From: Callorhinchus milii
Lineage: Eukaryota
Length of the DNA: 64,000 nucleotides
NCBI RefSeq assembly: GCF_018977255.1
Contig: NW_024704742.1
Span: 59,708,001-59,772,000 of the forward strand
Reading direction: 5' to 3'
The position numbers and the translations under genes are program-made. Positions 63,421 through 64,000 of this stretch are shown here, in pieces; position 1 is the stretch's first letter, and each line of letters begins with the position of its first letter. The notes under the pieces were generated by a model. The model saw only the letters and a list, made by a program, of their open reading frames with translations, was not told the origin of the DNA and did no database searches.

Positions 63421-64000
63421 CTTTGGCTACAATCCTGCTTTCACGTGAATAGATTACGAAATACATTTCTAGTCGCAGAATTCACCATTCTTAAATCCTT
63501 TCATGAATATTTTTAATTAAATTCCAAATTTGATTTCACACCCAGGCAGATACAAAGAGGAGTACTTTGAGTCTTAGAGAAACTAGAAATTAGACGAGAG
63601 ATCAGTTAACCTTTTTTTTTAAATACACGTTTTCTCTGCCATATTTCTCTGCATCTCAGTTATTTTTGTACAGATATTCAAATTTAGTTGTCAATCGCAT
63701 GCTGAATCAGATTTGCTGGGGCATGCCCTGGGTATAGGAACTCTACAACTCGTCTATTGCACACCCAGCCAGTTCTACAAATCCTTTGAACTCCCAGTAG
63801 ACAAAGGGAGATGTAAGGCACTATCTTTGGCACAATTGCATCCAGCCGCACCTTGTTGTTTGTATCCAAAACAGGGAGTGAGGAAGATGGATGGCAAAAC
63901 AGAAATTCAACAAGCGGAAAGAAATAATCTTCAATGTTATAGATTTTTTCACACTAAATTATGTGACTCATTTCTACTAAACAATTCTAAAATTGTATCA

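Noticed and set aside
1..64000. CRISPR arrays, operons or other prokaryotic systems
   Set aside because: The sequence is vertebrate. Its repeats are dispersed retroelements, not regularly spaced repeat-spacer units, and there is no gene-dense coding.

Overview
This is vertebrate nuclear DNA, not prokaryotic: AT-rich, CpG-depleted and heavily filled with retroelements. I could not identify any host protein-coding gene, so it reads as a large intron or intergenic region. The repeat content points to a cartilaginous fish, probably a holocephalan such as Callorhinchus (inference from recalled consensus sequences, not a search). It comprises L2-clade LINEs with (GTT)n tails, a young tRNA-Ala-headed SINE with (ATT)n tails, older SacSINE1-like DeuSINEs, CR1 fragments and a Penelope-like element. 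The longer, recognisable ORFs in the track are L2 fragments or chance frames across repeats. The best leads are: (1) an unclassified ~0.6-0.9 kb repeat with about 11 copies, nearly all on the + strand; (2) a Penelope-like insertion with an inverted GIY-YIG fragment and a decayed hammerhead ribozyme; (3) a covarying 3' stem-loop shared by SINEs and L2 LINEs, with signs of tail swapping; (4) nested insertions that give a relative chronology; (5) a local duplication preserving a 39-nt exon-like unit; (6) a splice-acceptor-led open frame running off the right edge. None of these is proof of a new biological system.
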